The notes under the pieces were generated by a model. It did no database searches and was not told where the DNA came from. It worked only from the letters and a program-made list of their open reading frames with translations. Below are positions 9,287 to 19,265 of a DNA stretch of 64,000 nt, one piece after another (position 1 is the stretch's first letter; each line of letters opens with the position of its first letter). Made by a program: the position numbers and the translations under genes. Origin of the DNA: a virus; IMG/VR virus record IMGVR_UViG_3300015241_000015, positions 17,926-81,925 of that record; one strand, written 5' to 3'.

Positions 9287-9531
9287 TCCGCCCTTGCCTT
9301 CTCGATGACAGCTTTTACAGCCACGCAGCGCTTACAATGGCAGTCATTAGTAACGCTGTCCGATTCTTCCAGCAGTCTCAGCATCTCCTCTGCCGCAGCG
9401 TGGAGGGGGCACAATTCTACGTGTCTACTTACGAATATCCCGTCATCCCTAGTAAACACCTCAGTCGGCGTGCATTCGTGGCACCTATTCGTACTTTCTT
9501 CCCCCTCGTTTACGCACTTCACTTCACTCAT
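9283..9531 (-). CDS. Small phage protein, paralog of 9044-9286
   Basis: CPLHAAAEEMLRLLEE...KARAE. Confidence 0.6.
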   Translation of the reverse strand: MSEVKCVNEGEESTNRCHECTPTEVFTRDDGIFVSRHVELCPLHAAAEEMLRLLEESDSVTNDCHCKRCVAVKAVIEKARAE

Positions 9532-10289
9532 TCCGCCCTCGCGTTCCTAACCGCCACTTCGAAGGCATCGAGCCAAGCTTTGACTACACTATCGCGTTGG
9601 TCTTTGGTGGCGTCGACTGGAAAACTAAGGCTAGCTTCAAAGCTGCCGTCGGATACCATGACCGACAGTTTGATAGACAGACCGGCGGCGCTAGGCCCGG
9701 CAATAGCGACAGCGGCTTTTTCTTTAGGAATCATGCTTTCTCTCATTCTTTTCGAGCAACCGCATCAGTTCGGCGACCATTTCCGTTTCCATCTTGGCGA
9801 TTCGTTTCCGGGTGAAGATCACAAATGTGATCCAGCCCACTACCAGCAGGCTGAACCACATACAATCGGCGATAAACAATTCACGTTCATTCATTTCGGT
9901 AAAAATCCGTATCCTCAATTGACTCTTTGGGTCCCAAGCGCTTCAGTATCCGCGATACCACCCACATGCCGGCCAGAACCGCAATTGCCAGCCCACCTAA
10001 AACCATCCAGATTGTTGGGGTCATTACTTGCATTGGTCGTCCTCCATTAAGGACGATCATTGTATCCCCAAATTAAAGGTGCCGGGATTCGGGTCGTCAC
10101 TGCCCCGGCTTACAGTCAGGAAGGAAGTCTATGTGCTTCCGACGACCGAATCTGGCGGGCGCCGGGTCCAAGACTTGGGCTAGATACTGATCGCGATCCC
10201 AGACAACGCCTACACGTAAGCGCCGCTGTTGATGGACCGGATACTGATCGCCCTTTTGCTTGGAACACCGGCTTGCCCATAAAAACCCC

Positions 10290-11102
10290 CTACTTCTTGC
10301 TAACCATCTTCGAGGGAACCTGAATGACCTCGACCCCCGGCCAAGCCATCAAGTCTTTCAAGGTGCGGGCCAAAGTGTTGGCATAGGCCCCATTCATCTC
10401 GACTGCCAGAACTGGAACCTCGCCCCGCCCGATCGCCGCGCATAGGATCTTGAGACTGGCATTGCGCTGGGGGTCGGTTGTTCCAATCAGCCGGGCCTTG
10501 TAAGTCATCTTGGCCGTCACACCCTCCACTTGAGGGATGTTGGCTTGAACAATGGGGGCCGGTTCAAATTCCGGCTCCGGCATCGCGATGGGAGCGGCCA
10601 GAACGGCGGCGGCCTCTTCCGGCTTGTTCTGGAGTGTGAGAATCTCGGCCTCGGCCTCCCGGAACTTCCGTTCATCTTCGATTTTCTGCTGCTGGATCTG
10701 CTGTTGCTCTTCGCGCTGGATGCGGTCGAGTTCATCCTGCTTAGCCTTGGCAACACGGCGGGCCTCGGCTTCAAATTCGTTCATGCGCTCCATGGTGTAG
10801 TCCTTGGTGGCTTTCAAGGAATCGAGAATGGCTTTACGCTCAGCGCACAGGTTGTCCCAGGGCTTACGGGCGTCGGCAACCTTGGGATCATAGAATTCGC
10901 CAACTTTCTGGGTGGCATTGGCTCCGACTTTCAGGAGTTGCGCGGCCATCTCGTATTGTTCCCTGGTTTCGATCTTGATGATGGACTTAGCCCGCTCGAA
11001 CAGAGCTAGAGCGGCCGACTTGAATGGATTGGCGCCAGCGACTTTCTTCGGTTCGAGATGGCCTACGTGCTCCGGTATGGATAATTGCGTTGTGGTGCTC
11101 AT
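10290..11102 (-). CDS. Coiled-coil phage protein of the recombination module
   Basis: Long helical E/K/Q/A-rich ORF directly after exo/bet. Confidence 0.7.
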   Translation of the reverse strand: MSTTTQLSIPEHVGHLEPKKVAGANPFKSAALALFERAKSIIKIETREQYEMAAQLLKVGANATQKVGEFYDPKVADARKPWDNLCAERKAILDSLKATKDYTMERMNEFEAEARRVAKAKQDELDRIQREEQQQIQQQKIEDERKFREAEAEILTLQNKPEEAAAVLAAPIAMPEPEFEPAPIVQANIPQVEGVTAKMTYKARLIGTTDPQRNASLKILCAAIGRGEVPVLAVEMNGAYANTLARTLKDLMAWPGVEVIQVPSKMVSKK

Positions 11103-11131
11103 AGTTTGTTTCCCCTTGGGTTTGAATTTCT

Positions 11132-11872
11132 TTAAGCTAACACTGGCATTTCTATTTCGGCCTCATCCACGATCTCGGGAATTTCTGGTAGCCGGTGTTT
11201 CTCCCGCAACAACAGATGAACCATGGTCAAGGCGCATCTGAACCAGTTGATCTCTTTCGGATCATCGTGCTTGTCGATCAGAAACGAACCATCGGGCCGC
11301 AAGGAGATGGCGATGCGATACCACTCCTTGACGCCTTTCGGTTTTGGAACCGTGAGCGATTGCGCGGCCGTCTGGAGATGCCAAGCAAAGCTGGGGGCGT
11401 AAGCGGTCTTGATTTCCCAGATGATCGGCATCCGTGGGATTCCGTTCTTCCCAAACGTTCCTACCCGGTCCAGGCGGCATCCGAATTTCATGCCATTGAC
11501 CTCAGTGATCGAGGCGTGCTCAACTTTCTGAGACTGGAGCCCCAATTCCGCGACCGCATTTTCGTAAGCCTGGATGTAGCCGAATATTTCAGGTTGAACT
11601 GAATCCCAATCCAGGTCGCCATGGTCTGGGCTATCCAGGTATTCAGTGGCAGCGTGGACGGCGGTCCCAACTTTCTGTTTGTAGATCACGCGATCAGGCG
11701 GCGCCGCTGACAAATCTGTGAAGCGCAACATCGAGAGTATCTGAGTGAGAGAGGGCACGATCATCCCACTCTCATCTCGATAGCAATGCCGCAGGCGCCC
11801 AAGAGATGAGTCGAAGGACTCGTCAAAGTAGCCGCCCGGGATCTTCGTGCCGTATTTGCCGTTGGTTGCCAT
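11132..11872 (-). CDS. PD-(D/E)XK phage exonuclease
   Basis: PSLTQIL, GTAVHAATE, FGCRLDRVG, IWEIKT, LQTAAQ; adjacent to Bet. Confidence 0.8.
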   Translation of the reverse strand: MATNGKYGTKIPGGYFDESFDSSLGRLRHCYRDESGMIVPSLTQILSMLRFTDLSAAPPDRVIYKQKVGTAVHAATEYLDSPDHGDLDWDSVQPEIFGYIQAYENAVAELGLQSQKVEHASITEVNGMKFGCRLDRVGTFGKNGIPRMPIIWEIKTAYAPSFAWHLQTAAQSLTVPKPKGVKEWYRIAISLRPDGSFLIDKHDDPKEINWFRCALTMVHLLLREKHRLPEIPEIVDEAEIEMPVLA

Positions 11873-13051
11873 TTAGGTGAACTTCAGCACGTTGCCGCCG
11901 GCGTGAGTGATGACCTTATTGAATTCGACCAGCGGAATGTCCTTGGTGCTCTCAAGACCCCACTCCTCCCAGATAAAGCGCCGGACCACCGTTTCCGCCT
12001 CGGCAAACCCCGCCGCCTTAGCCGCCCTGATCGTGGCAAAGAGTTTCTTGCGTTGGGTTTCCCCGATCTTCACATACTCGGGTTCCAGGGCTTTCGCTGG
12101 CTTGGCCCAATCCGCCGGGATGGTTCTTTGCTCCTTGCCCGGTTCAGCCTTGGCGCCACCTGCGGGCAGGCCCCCAGCAACAGGTAGATCGGTCAAGTCG
12201 AACCCCTTGGCCAGTTCCTCCATCTCGGCTAGCGATTGCAGGGGCTTCTTAGCGGCCGGTTTCTGAGCGCTCACCATTTCCGGGGCGTTGTCGAAGGCTT
12301 GCATCAAGGCGTCAATCTCGTTGTCAGCCCCAACCTTGGACGGGAGAACATGGATCGTCTCGCGCTCCACCGGTTTCGCCTCAGACACCCCTGATTTAAC
12401 CTCGCGCCGTGGCATCAGGATGGCTTCAGAGGCACTTTCTCCCTCGGATTGGTCCGTTTCCCCCTTCACGATGTCAGCAGCTTCGTCCGGGTCGTAAATG
12501 CCCGACAAGCCGTAGGCCACACGAGCGCACTGGATGTAGGCTTTGTGCCGCAACATTCTCACCGGCATGTTGGTCCACTGGTCGGTCTGGCGATCGCACT
12601 CCACAAAGTATTCTGTGACTTCGATCCATTCCGCCATGCCCCGGCGCTTCATCTTGCAGGTCATTTCTGTGATGTATTTAATCTCGCGGCCTTTCGCATC
12701 CTTCCCAATCTCGAAAACCGGAACCCACCTCAGTCCGTCCAGGTCGCCTACCCGGTTGACTAACTCGACCCAGCCATCGATAGGAACGATTGGAACGACG
12801 CCGCCGCCCTTTGACGCCATAAAGTAGATCTGGCGGGTGAAGGGATTGAGTTTGTACTGCTCGGCCACGGAGATGCACATGACGAACATTTCCGGGGTGG
12901 CGATAATTTTCCCATCCTTGCGCGGGAAAACCGTGTTGACCATGGTTTCGTACAGCGAATGACGATCGATCTTGTAGTGGTTAGCGAAGGACGCTACCAG
13001 TTCGGTAGCCAATGCCCGTTCTAGCGCCGGTACTTGTTGAATTGTTGCCAT
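11873..13051 (-). CDS. bet: Single-strand annealing protein, lambda Bet/RecT family
   Basis: QYKLNPFTRQIY, VPIVPIDGW, TEYFVEC, WTNMPVRMLRHKAYIQCARVAYGLSGIYDPDEA. Confidence 0.92.
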   Translation of the reverse strand: MATIQQVPALERALATELVASFANHYKIDRHSLYETMVNTVFPRKDGKIIATPEMFVMCISVAEQYKLNPFTRQIYFMASKGGGVVPIVPIDGWVELVNRVGDLDGLRWVPVFEIGKDAKGREIKYITEMTCKMKRRGMAEWIEVTEYFVECDRQTDQWTNMPVRMLRHKAYIQCARVAYGLSGIYDPDEAADIVKGETDQSEGESASEAILMPRREVKSGVSEAKPVERETIHVLPSKVGADNEIDALMQAFDNAPEMVSAQKPAAKKPLQSLAEMEELAKGFDLTDLPVAGGLPAGGAKAEPGKEQRTIPADWAKPAKALEPEYVKIGETQRKKLFATIRAAKAAGFAEAETVVRRFIWEEWGLESTKDIPLVEFNKVITHAGGNVLKFT

Positions 13052-13055
13052 AAAA

Positions 13056-13265
13056 TCATTTCCCCCTCTTGGTCTTCGAAAAATCTTCACGCCGGCATTC
13101 GAGCACTTCGCACAGACGTTTCATCCGCCAGCCACGGGGAGCCCGTAATCCAGACTCCCAGCGGCTCATGGTTGATTTATCCACGCCACACAACTCGGCC
13201 AGGCGCGTGGTAGACATTCCCTTGGTTTCGCGGAGAAGCCGGAGCTTCCCGCCACTGAACTGCAT
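13056..13265 (-). CDS. XRE/Cro-family HTH regulator
   Basis: LRLLRETKGMSTTRLAELCGVDKSTMSRWESG. Confidence 0.85.
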   Translation of the reverse strand: MQFSGGKLRLLRETKGMSTTRLAELCGVDKSTMSRWESGLRAPRGWRMKRLCEVLECRREDFSKTKRGK

Positions 13266-13669
13266 ATGGGCCCCCTTGGTTTGTTCATTGGTCTTTCCTT
13301 TCAGTTTTGGTCGAAGTAATAGGTTCAAACTTTCTAGAATCATCATGACAAGCGCCCCCCGTGGCCGCCGTCAACTTCCGGTCCAGGTCTTGGCGCCGCT
13401 GTTCTAATTGCACAATCTCGGACTGCCGCTCTCGGATGGCGTTGGTCAAATGCGCATGTTGCGCCATGAGCCACCGCCCTGGATAGGAATTACTTTCGCT
13501 GTCGGCCATAAACAACTCCGCCGCGAACTTCTGGTTCAATAGATTAGAAAATCAATCAGGGAAGGAAACATCGTTGGTTCAAAACACGAACTTGGATGGA
13601 AGAAATCCCACTCTTTTGGCGGCTAGCCCCGATCCGAAAGGCCGAACGCGCCCATTTCTCTTGTGTGTG

Positions 13670-13697
13670 AACATAGCACAATAGTCAACAAAGGCAA
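13670..13697 (-). promoter_or_regulatory. Putative promoter of the leftward early operon
   Basis: Minus strand TTGCCT...TGC-TATGTT (extended -10) in the divergent intergenic region. Confidence 0.4.
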
Positions 13698-13865
13698 CAA
13701 TTATTTTTGATAATATGCAAGCGGACGGTACACGCATGGTCATTGGCCTGTTTCGTTAGAAACCTGTTTTGTGCGGTGTCAATTTGTAGCATTTATTGGG
13801 CAGTTGGACATATCATGATTTCGGTTTTCTTAGAAACACCGAGATCGGCCTGGAGAGAAACGAAG

Positions 13866-14135
13866 ATGCTGGTGATCTACAAATACCCCCTGCCACTACC
13901 TAACATTGGTGAATTCAATCTTGAAATCCCGAAGTGGTTTGCATTTATTTCGGCTCAACTGCAAGATGGGATCCCATATCTATGGGTCCGAGTGGATAAA
14001 GACGAAGAAGTAGCGAGCATCGCGTTGCACTGGGTGGCGACTGGCGCCCGTGTGGACAAGGATTGGGTTTACATCGCCACCATTCAATTCGGCAACGAGT
14101 TCTACCATCTGCACTGCGACGTGTGGGCGATCTGA
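13866..14135 (+). CDS. Conserved-looking small phage protein
   Basis: MLVIYKYPLPL...AQLQDGIPYLWVRVD...YIATIQF. Confidence 0.6.
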   Translation: MLVIYKYPLPLPNIGEFNLEIPKWFAFISAQLQDGIPYLWVRVDKDEEVASIALHWVATGARVDKDWVYIATIQFGNEFYHLHCDVWAI

Positions 14136-14172
14136 CAGTGAGAGATGGCTAATGTTATAATTGTATGTACAA

Positions 14173-14454
14173 ATGCGATTCACTTGGGACGTGTAAAAAA
14201 GCCGCCGGAATCAGGCCAAGCACAAGGTCAGTTTTGAAACGGCCACTTTGGTTTTTAAAGATCCCAACGCCATCAGCATTCAGGATCGCGTGGTTGGCGG
14301 CGAAAAGCGCTGGCAGACCTTGGGGCTGGTGAACGGAATACTGGTTCTTCTGGTGGCCCACACGTTTCACGAAGCAGACGGCGAAGAAACCATACGGATC
14401 ATATCGGCGCGCAAAGCCACGCCACGCGAACGAGCAATCTATGAGAATCACTAA
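14173..14454 (+). pseudogene. brnT: BrnT toxin with in-frame TAA at codon 8
   Basis: MRFTWDV*KSRRNQAKHKVSFETATLVFKDP...EKRWQTLG...IRIISARKATPRE; TAA at 14194-14196. Confidence 0.85.
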
Positions 14455-14728
14455 AAAAATGCACAATGAAATAGCGGTCCTCGCGGCCATGAAGGACCAT
14501 GAGATCGATAAATCCGACATCCCGGAGCGGAAGCCCGGCGGTTGGAATGGCGCTATCTGCGGGAAATTCTATCGACCGCCCAAGAGAGCCGTCACCATCC
14601 GGCTGGACGCCGATATTCTTGCTTGGCTCAAAGGTCAAGGCAAGGGCTATCAAACCCGGCTCAACGCGATCTTGCGCGGCAACATGGCAGTCCTAAGCCC
14701 AAAAAGCCAAAAGGCCCCACTGAGATAG
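14441..14728 (+). CDS. brnA: BrnA antitoxin
   Basis: IDKSDIPE...FYRPPKRAVTIRLDADILAWLKGQGKGYQTRLNAILR. Confidence 0.9.
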   Translation: MRITKKMHNEIAVLAAMKDHEIDKSDIPERKPGGWNGAICGKFYRPPKRAVTIRLDADILAWLKGQGKGYQTRLNAILRGNMAVLSPKSQKAPLR

Positions 14729-14739
14729 GGGCCTTTTGG
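14707..14739. terminator. Bidirectional terminator hairpin
   Basis: CCAAAAGGCCCC-n9-GGGGCCTTTTGG. Confidence 0.7.
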
Positions 14740-15792
14740 AGCAACAAGCGACACACGATAGTTTGGTTAGCCTACGCATCTTGCCCCATCCCCGATTCGC
14801 CTGTCAAATCAAAAGGCCCTCATCGCAAGAATGAGAGCCTTTTCTCATGGAGACCCAACCAGACGCTTGAAAGCCATTAGAAGCGTCTACCCGCATCTTC
14901 CCCCTTTTTCTCTGAGTAGTCAACGATTACAACTGTTTCATCTGTAGATTAGAAAACAGAAATGACTTGACATGGGTTTCTGCTTGCGGGAATATTTCAT
15001 CGCCTTTTTGGTTCGACCAGCCCACAAGGCTCATCCACCACCAAGGTGTCGGTTAGAAAAAGCCCAATGCAAATCAAACGCTTATGGCGACCGATGGCTA
15101 TTAGAGTCGAACCGGTCCCAAGAACACAGCCACCTAAGACGTGGGGCGCTCCTCGTTGGACGTGCAAACTTTGTGGATGCACAGACCAACAGCCGTGCAT
15201 TCGGATTCCAGCGTATTTAAACGACGGTATTCCGATGGTATGCACCTGGATCGACAAGGAACGAACGATTTGCAGTAAGCATCTCTAAACGGGCACAGCT
15301 AAAGACTGAAGGTAGCCAAGCGGGTATTCCCCGTTTGGCCGGTTGGTTCCCGGCACTCCTTATCCGAAAAAACAACGGGCCGATTGCCACACACGGCAGT
15401 TTAACGGGTACTTGAATAAATGGCGCAAGATGTGAGTGAAACGCTGAAAATCCGGGCAACGGGCTGGTACTTGATCCAGCAATCGCGGCTAACGTCCCGG
15501 TCGACATGGGAGCGGGTGTTTTACCCGAGGGCATACTAAGGCCAGTTCACTCATAAGATCCTTAAGACTTGGGAGCGACTGTCAGGATTTTCCGTTTCCC
15601 CCGTTTTTATTTTGGGATTAGGAAATAGAAGAATTCTTCTTGATAAGACTCTAGTGGTAGACCTTCTACTCTAAGTGAGTACCAAAGAACACCCTGAGGG
15701 CTAACTCCCAAAGGGATAGCCGCGGTGTACACAGAATGGTTGTTACAACAAGTAATTCTTCTAATAGCAAGAACTGGTTGAAAGTTGAAAAA

Positions 15793-16179
15793 ATGAAGGT
15801 CGGTCCAGATAACCAACACACCGTTGTGATCGAACTGAAAGTTCTGTGCGTGTACGTTCTCGACCAGGATTTGAAGGTTGAAGAGGAAATCAATTCTTTG
15901 CTGAATGGTCCGGACCACTGCATTAGCAATGACATTGGGATGCTGGCGGTGATCGACGAGCAATGGGACAAAGAGTGCGCTGGCGGGCACATCTACGCGA
16001 TAGATACTGGGGAACCTTTCACCGAAGGAAACTGTTTTTGCGGAAACACCGAGGCGAAGTATATCCGCGAGGCGACGGAGCAGGATCACGACAACTTTGG
16101 CTACAATGCTTGGTTGCGGAGCAGGGATGAGTGTGAAGTGCTCGACGAGGCCGGCAGTCTGCCTGAGGGAAAGAAATGA
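15793..16179 (+). CDS. Hypothetical protein, tandem paralog 1
   Basis: TVVIEL..LCV, HC..N.I.ML, QWD.E, CFC, YIREAT, GY.AW shared with next ORF. Confidence 0.7.
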   Translation: MKVGPDNQHTVVIELKVLCVYVLDQDLKVEEEINSLLNGPDHCISNDIGMLAVIDEQWDKECAGGHIYAIDTGEPFTEGNCFCGNTEAKYIREATEQDHDNFGYNAWLRSRDECEVLDEAGSLPEGKK

Positions 16180-16580
16180 ACGATCAGAGCAAGGACACGG
16201 TGGTGGTGGAATTGACGATCTTGTGTGTGGTCGAGACCATGCACGAAAAGACTGAGGCGCGGGCCAATTCGATCAACTTCTGGCTGAATGAATCGAGTCA
16301 TTGCCTGGACAACGAGATTCGGATGTTGGGCGAGATCCAGGGGCAATGGGACCGGGAGTCTGGTCAGACTAGGATCTACCACCGGGCCGAAGAGAAAACT
16401 GCAAGCAAGCAGAAATGCTTTTGCGTCCAGGCTCAGGCTCGGTACATTCGAGAGGCGACTGCGGAGGACCGGCTGCGGTTGGGGTATGACGCTTGGATCG
16501 CCAGCCATGCGCCCAGAGTACAAACGGCGACGAAGAGGCCGGGTTGGTTCATGCAGTTATTGCAGTGGTGGTTTTCTTGA
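16176..16580 (+). CDS. Hypothetical protein, tandem paralog 2
   Basis: Same motifs as 15793-16179; ATGA overlap. Confidence 0.7.
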   Translation: MNDQSKDTVVVELTILCVVETMHEKTEARANSINFWLNESSHCLDNEIRMLGEIQGQWDRESGQTRIYHRAEEKTASKQKCFCVQAQARYIREATAEDRLRLGYDAWIASHAPRVQTATKRPGWFMQLLQWWFS

Positions 16581-16637
16581 AGTTTTCACAATTTTACCGT
16601 TGATTGAGAATCTAGAATCGGTCATGATGCACGTATC

Positions 16638-17195
16638 ATGCCTGCGGTAGCAGTTTCGAAACCATCGAAGAGATTCAACGAGCGCGCCGCGGTGCTGTTT
16701 CATTCGCAGGAAAACCGGGCTAAAACCAAATACGACAAGAACAACCGGATCACGCGCAAGGGCTACATTCTGCCCTTTGGGCGTCTAGAATTCATGGCTT
16801 GGTTTCTGGCGCAGTTTGGTGGGCAGGAAGGCAGTGTTCAATATTGCACATATTGCCGACGCCCTATCGACGCTTATTCGTGCGTGGTCGATCACAAGAA
16901 TCCGCTGGGCCGGTGGGGATCTCCTGATCTTGGGAATCTCGAAGTAATTTGTGCGACCTGCAACGACATCAAGGGCCAGTTGACGGCTCAGGAGTTCACC
17001 TACTTTCTGACGCTGATGCTGGACATGAGCATTAAATTCGGGGGACAGGCGGTGACTAACATCACCAGCCGTCTGGAATCGCATACCCGTTTGGCTACCA
17101 GCCTGAGACACCAGATGGGGAAGCGGCGCCGCAATGTGGCGGGGGCAATGGGCATCGGAGCGGCTCCCGCTGCATTGGAAGAAGCCCCTTTTTAG
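16638..17195 (+). CDS. HNH endonuclease-family protein
   Basis: CTYC...VDHKNP...GNLEVICATCNDIKG. Confidence 0.85.
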   Translation: MPAVAVSKPSKRFNERAAVLFHSQENRAKTKYDKNNRITRKGYILPFGRLEFMAWFLAQFGGQEGSVQYCTYCRRPIDAYSCVVDHKNPLGRWGSPDLGNLEVICATCNDIKGQLTAQEFTYFLTLMLDMSIKFGGQAVTNITSRLESHTRLATSLRHQMGKRRRNVAGAMGIGAAPAALEEAPF

Positions 17196-17262
17196 ATAGT
17201 TAAGGTTCACACATAACAAGAATCCCCTTGCGTTTACCCCCGTTAATTGCAACTATCCAAGC

Positions 17263-17565
17263 ATGTTCAATCTGAATTTGTTCTTAAAAGCGCTGCGCGA
17301 CGATTTGCAACCGGTGGCGATCGCGGCGGCGGCGATAGAGAGTCTGAATGCCGGGGCTTCCGGTCCGGAGAAGCAGCAGGCGGCGCTGAATCTGTTGGGG
17401 GCGGGGCTAATTTTTACCAATTCGATCAATCCGGGAGCGGCTAACAATGCGGCTTTGATCGCTACGGCGGCGATTCCGTTGATCCAGGAGACGGTTGGTT
17501 TGTTCAACGCTTTGCACCTGTTCCACCATGCCGCAGTTCCACCGGTCCATACACCGGGCGCCTAA
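17263..17565 (+). CDS. Small hydrophobic protein (possibly holin-like or virion-associated)
   Basis: Ala/Leu-rich amphipathic ORF. Confidence 0.5.
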   Translation: MFNLNLFLKALRDDLQPVAIAAAAIESLNAGASGPEKQQAALNLLGAGLIFTNSINPGAANNAALIATAAIPLIQETVGLFNALHLFHHAAVPPVHTPGA

Positions 17566-17997
17566 AGGGAAGGAGATTATGGCAACCACCACAAAAACCA
17601 AAATCAACTTTGAATTCGCCTACAATGAGAATTGCCCAACCTGCACATTAGAAGGCAGCAATACTCCATTGGGGTTTTCGCTCGATGAAGGCGGGATAGT
17701 CTGTGAGTCGGGGCACCGCTTTGACAGTATGCCAGGGAAGGCATCGGAGCCTGTCCAAGAATCGTTTATAGTTCGACAACCATGAAGCCAAGACTATTGC
17801 CCCGGCGCTGCGAGGTGGGAAGGTTGAAGTCTCAGACTTGGAATTGACTCCGGGCGGGGATGCCGGCTTCCGGTTGATCCTGCGGGAGCGGCATCTGAGC
17901 GCGATCAAGGCCGAGGCGGAAATTCAGCGCCAGAGCCCCGAACTCTATTTGCAAGAGTGGCTGGAGTTGGCGCTCGATAACGCCTGGGGGCGATGAA

Positions 17998-18879
17998 TTG
18001 AGCGAACCGCTGACCAGTAACACCATCACCACCATTGCCACTTTCCTGGGCACGGCGGGAGCAGCTTGGTGGGTGGCGTGGATGAAGTCCAAAAAAGATC
18101 GCCATGAGAAACACTTAACCGAGAAAGCGCGAACGGAGCGGGAGCAGGCGGTCGATACCAAACTCGATCACATCAAGCAGACCACCAACGAAACCCGCCA
18201 ATTGACCAATGGCAGTATGGGGGCGCAACTGAAGGCCACCGCCCGGGCCTTGCGGGCTAATTGCGACACCTTGCAGCAACTCTACGAGCTTACCGGGTCG
18301 AATGAACATCGTGTGGCGCTAGAGACCGCGCAGAGTTTGATGAGTGAAGCCGAGAGCCGCATGGTTGAGCATGAGGTTACGGAACAGAAAATCGAACCGT
18401 CGGAACCCCCGCCGGAGATCACCGCCAGGATGGTTCCTCCGGGTTCGGTCAATGTAGTCATGGTTGAGGACAACGACGGCGATGCGCGGTTGATGCTTGA
18501 AATCCTCAAAAACGGGCGTTTCCCGCAGCGGGTCAGAGTCTTCAGCCGGGGCGACGATGCCTTGGACTTCCTATTCCGGCGCGGCGACTATTTAGCCTAT
18601 CCGGTTCTCGGCAATGTGCAGCTGATTGTTCTGGACTTCGCGGTGCCACGGGTTTCGGGTGTGGATATCCTGAAGCAGATCAAAGGAGATCCGAACTTGA
18701 GGATCATTCCGGTGGTGGTGTTTACCGGGTCGTTATTGCCGACGGATATTGAGGCCAGTTACAGACTAGGGGCTAACGGGTGCATCCAGAAGCCTACTAG
18801 CGGGGCGGATTTCAATCGGGTGGTGGGTTCCATGTTCAACTTTTTCCTGAGCGTGAACCAACTGCACCCGTTGCGATGA
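17998..18879 (+). CDS. Membrane-anchored coiled-coil protein fused to a response-regulator receiver domain (Rcp1-like)
   Basis: N-terminal TM helix; VMVEDN, LIVLD (phosphoacceptor), VVVFTGS, GANGCIQKP. Confidence 0.85.
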   Translation: MSEPLTSNTITTIATFLGTAGAAWWVAWMKSKKDRHEKHLTEKARTEREQAVDTKLDHIKQTTNETRQLTNGSMGAQLKATARALRANCDTLQQLYELTGSNEHRVALETAQSLMSEAESRMVEHEVTEQKIEPSEPPPEITARMVPPGSVNVVMVEDNDGDARLMLEILKNGRFPQRVRVFSRGDDALDFLFRRGDYLAYPVLGNVQLIVLDFAVPRVSGVDILKQIKGDPNLRIIPVVVFTGSLLPTDIEASYRLGANGCIQKPTSGADFNRVVGSMFNFFLSVNQLHPLR

Positions 18880-18908
18880 GGACATGACGAAATCATTAAA
18901 AGAATTAC

Positions 18909-19265
18909 TTGAAGCGTCGTGGCGCCGGGACTTGGTGCTATGCTGGCGGCATGGGTATACATGTTAATTCAGGTGGCATAGACAAGAAGCTAGACAAAAT
19001 TCTAGCCATGCTGACCCAAGTATTGCAGAAAGAGGAACAAATGAGCGCAGCTTTAGATGCTTTAACCGCCCAGGTCGCGGCTACTACTACGGTCGAGCAG
19101 TCGGCCATCACCTTGATTCAAGGAATCGCGGCCCAACTGGCTGCATTGGTCGCCGCTGGAACCGTTACCCCGGCCCAACTTACGGCTCTATCCGATCAAC
19201 TGAACGCTTCCGCCACCGCCTTGAGCGCGGCTGTGGTCGCCAACACTCCCGTTCCCCCGGCATAA
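18909..19265 (+). CDS. Ala-rich small phage protein (start may be 19041)
   Basis: MSAALDALTAQVAATTTVEQSAITLIQGIAAQL with GAGG RBS. Confidence 0.6.
   Translation: MKRRGAGTWCYAGGMGIHVNSGGIDKKLDKILAMLTQVLQKEEQMSAALDALTAQVAATTTVEQSAITLIQGIAAQLAALVAAGTVTPAQLTALSDQLNASATALSAAVVANTPVPPA

Noticed and set aside
11132-11872. Cas4 adaptation nuclease for the arrays
   Set aside because: Lacks the four-Cys Fe-S pattern and is paired with Bet, so it is a recombination exonuclease
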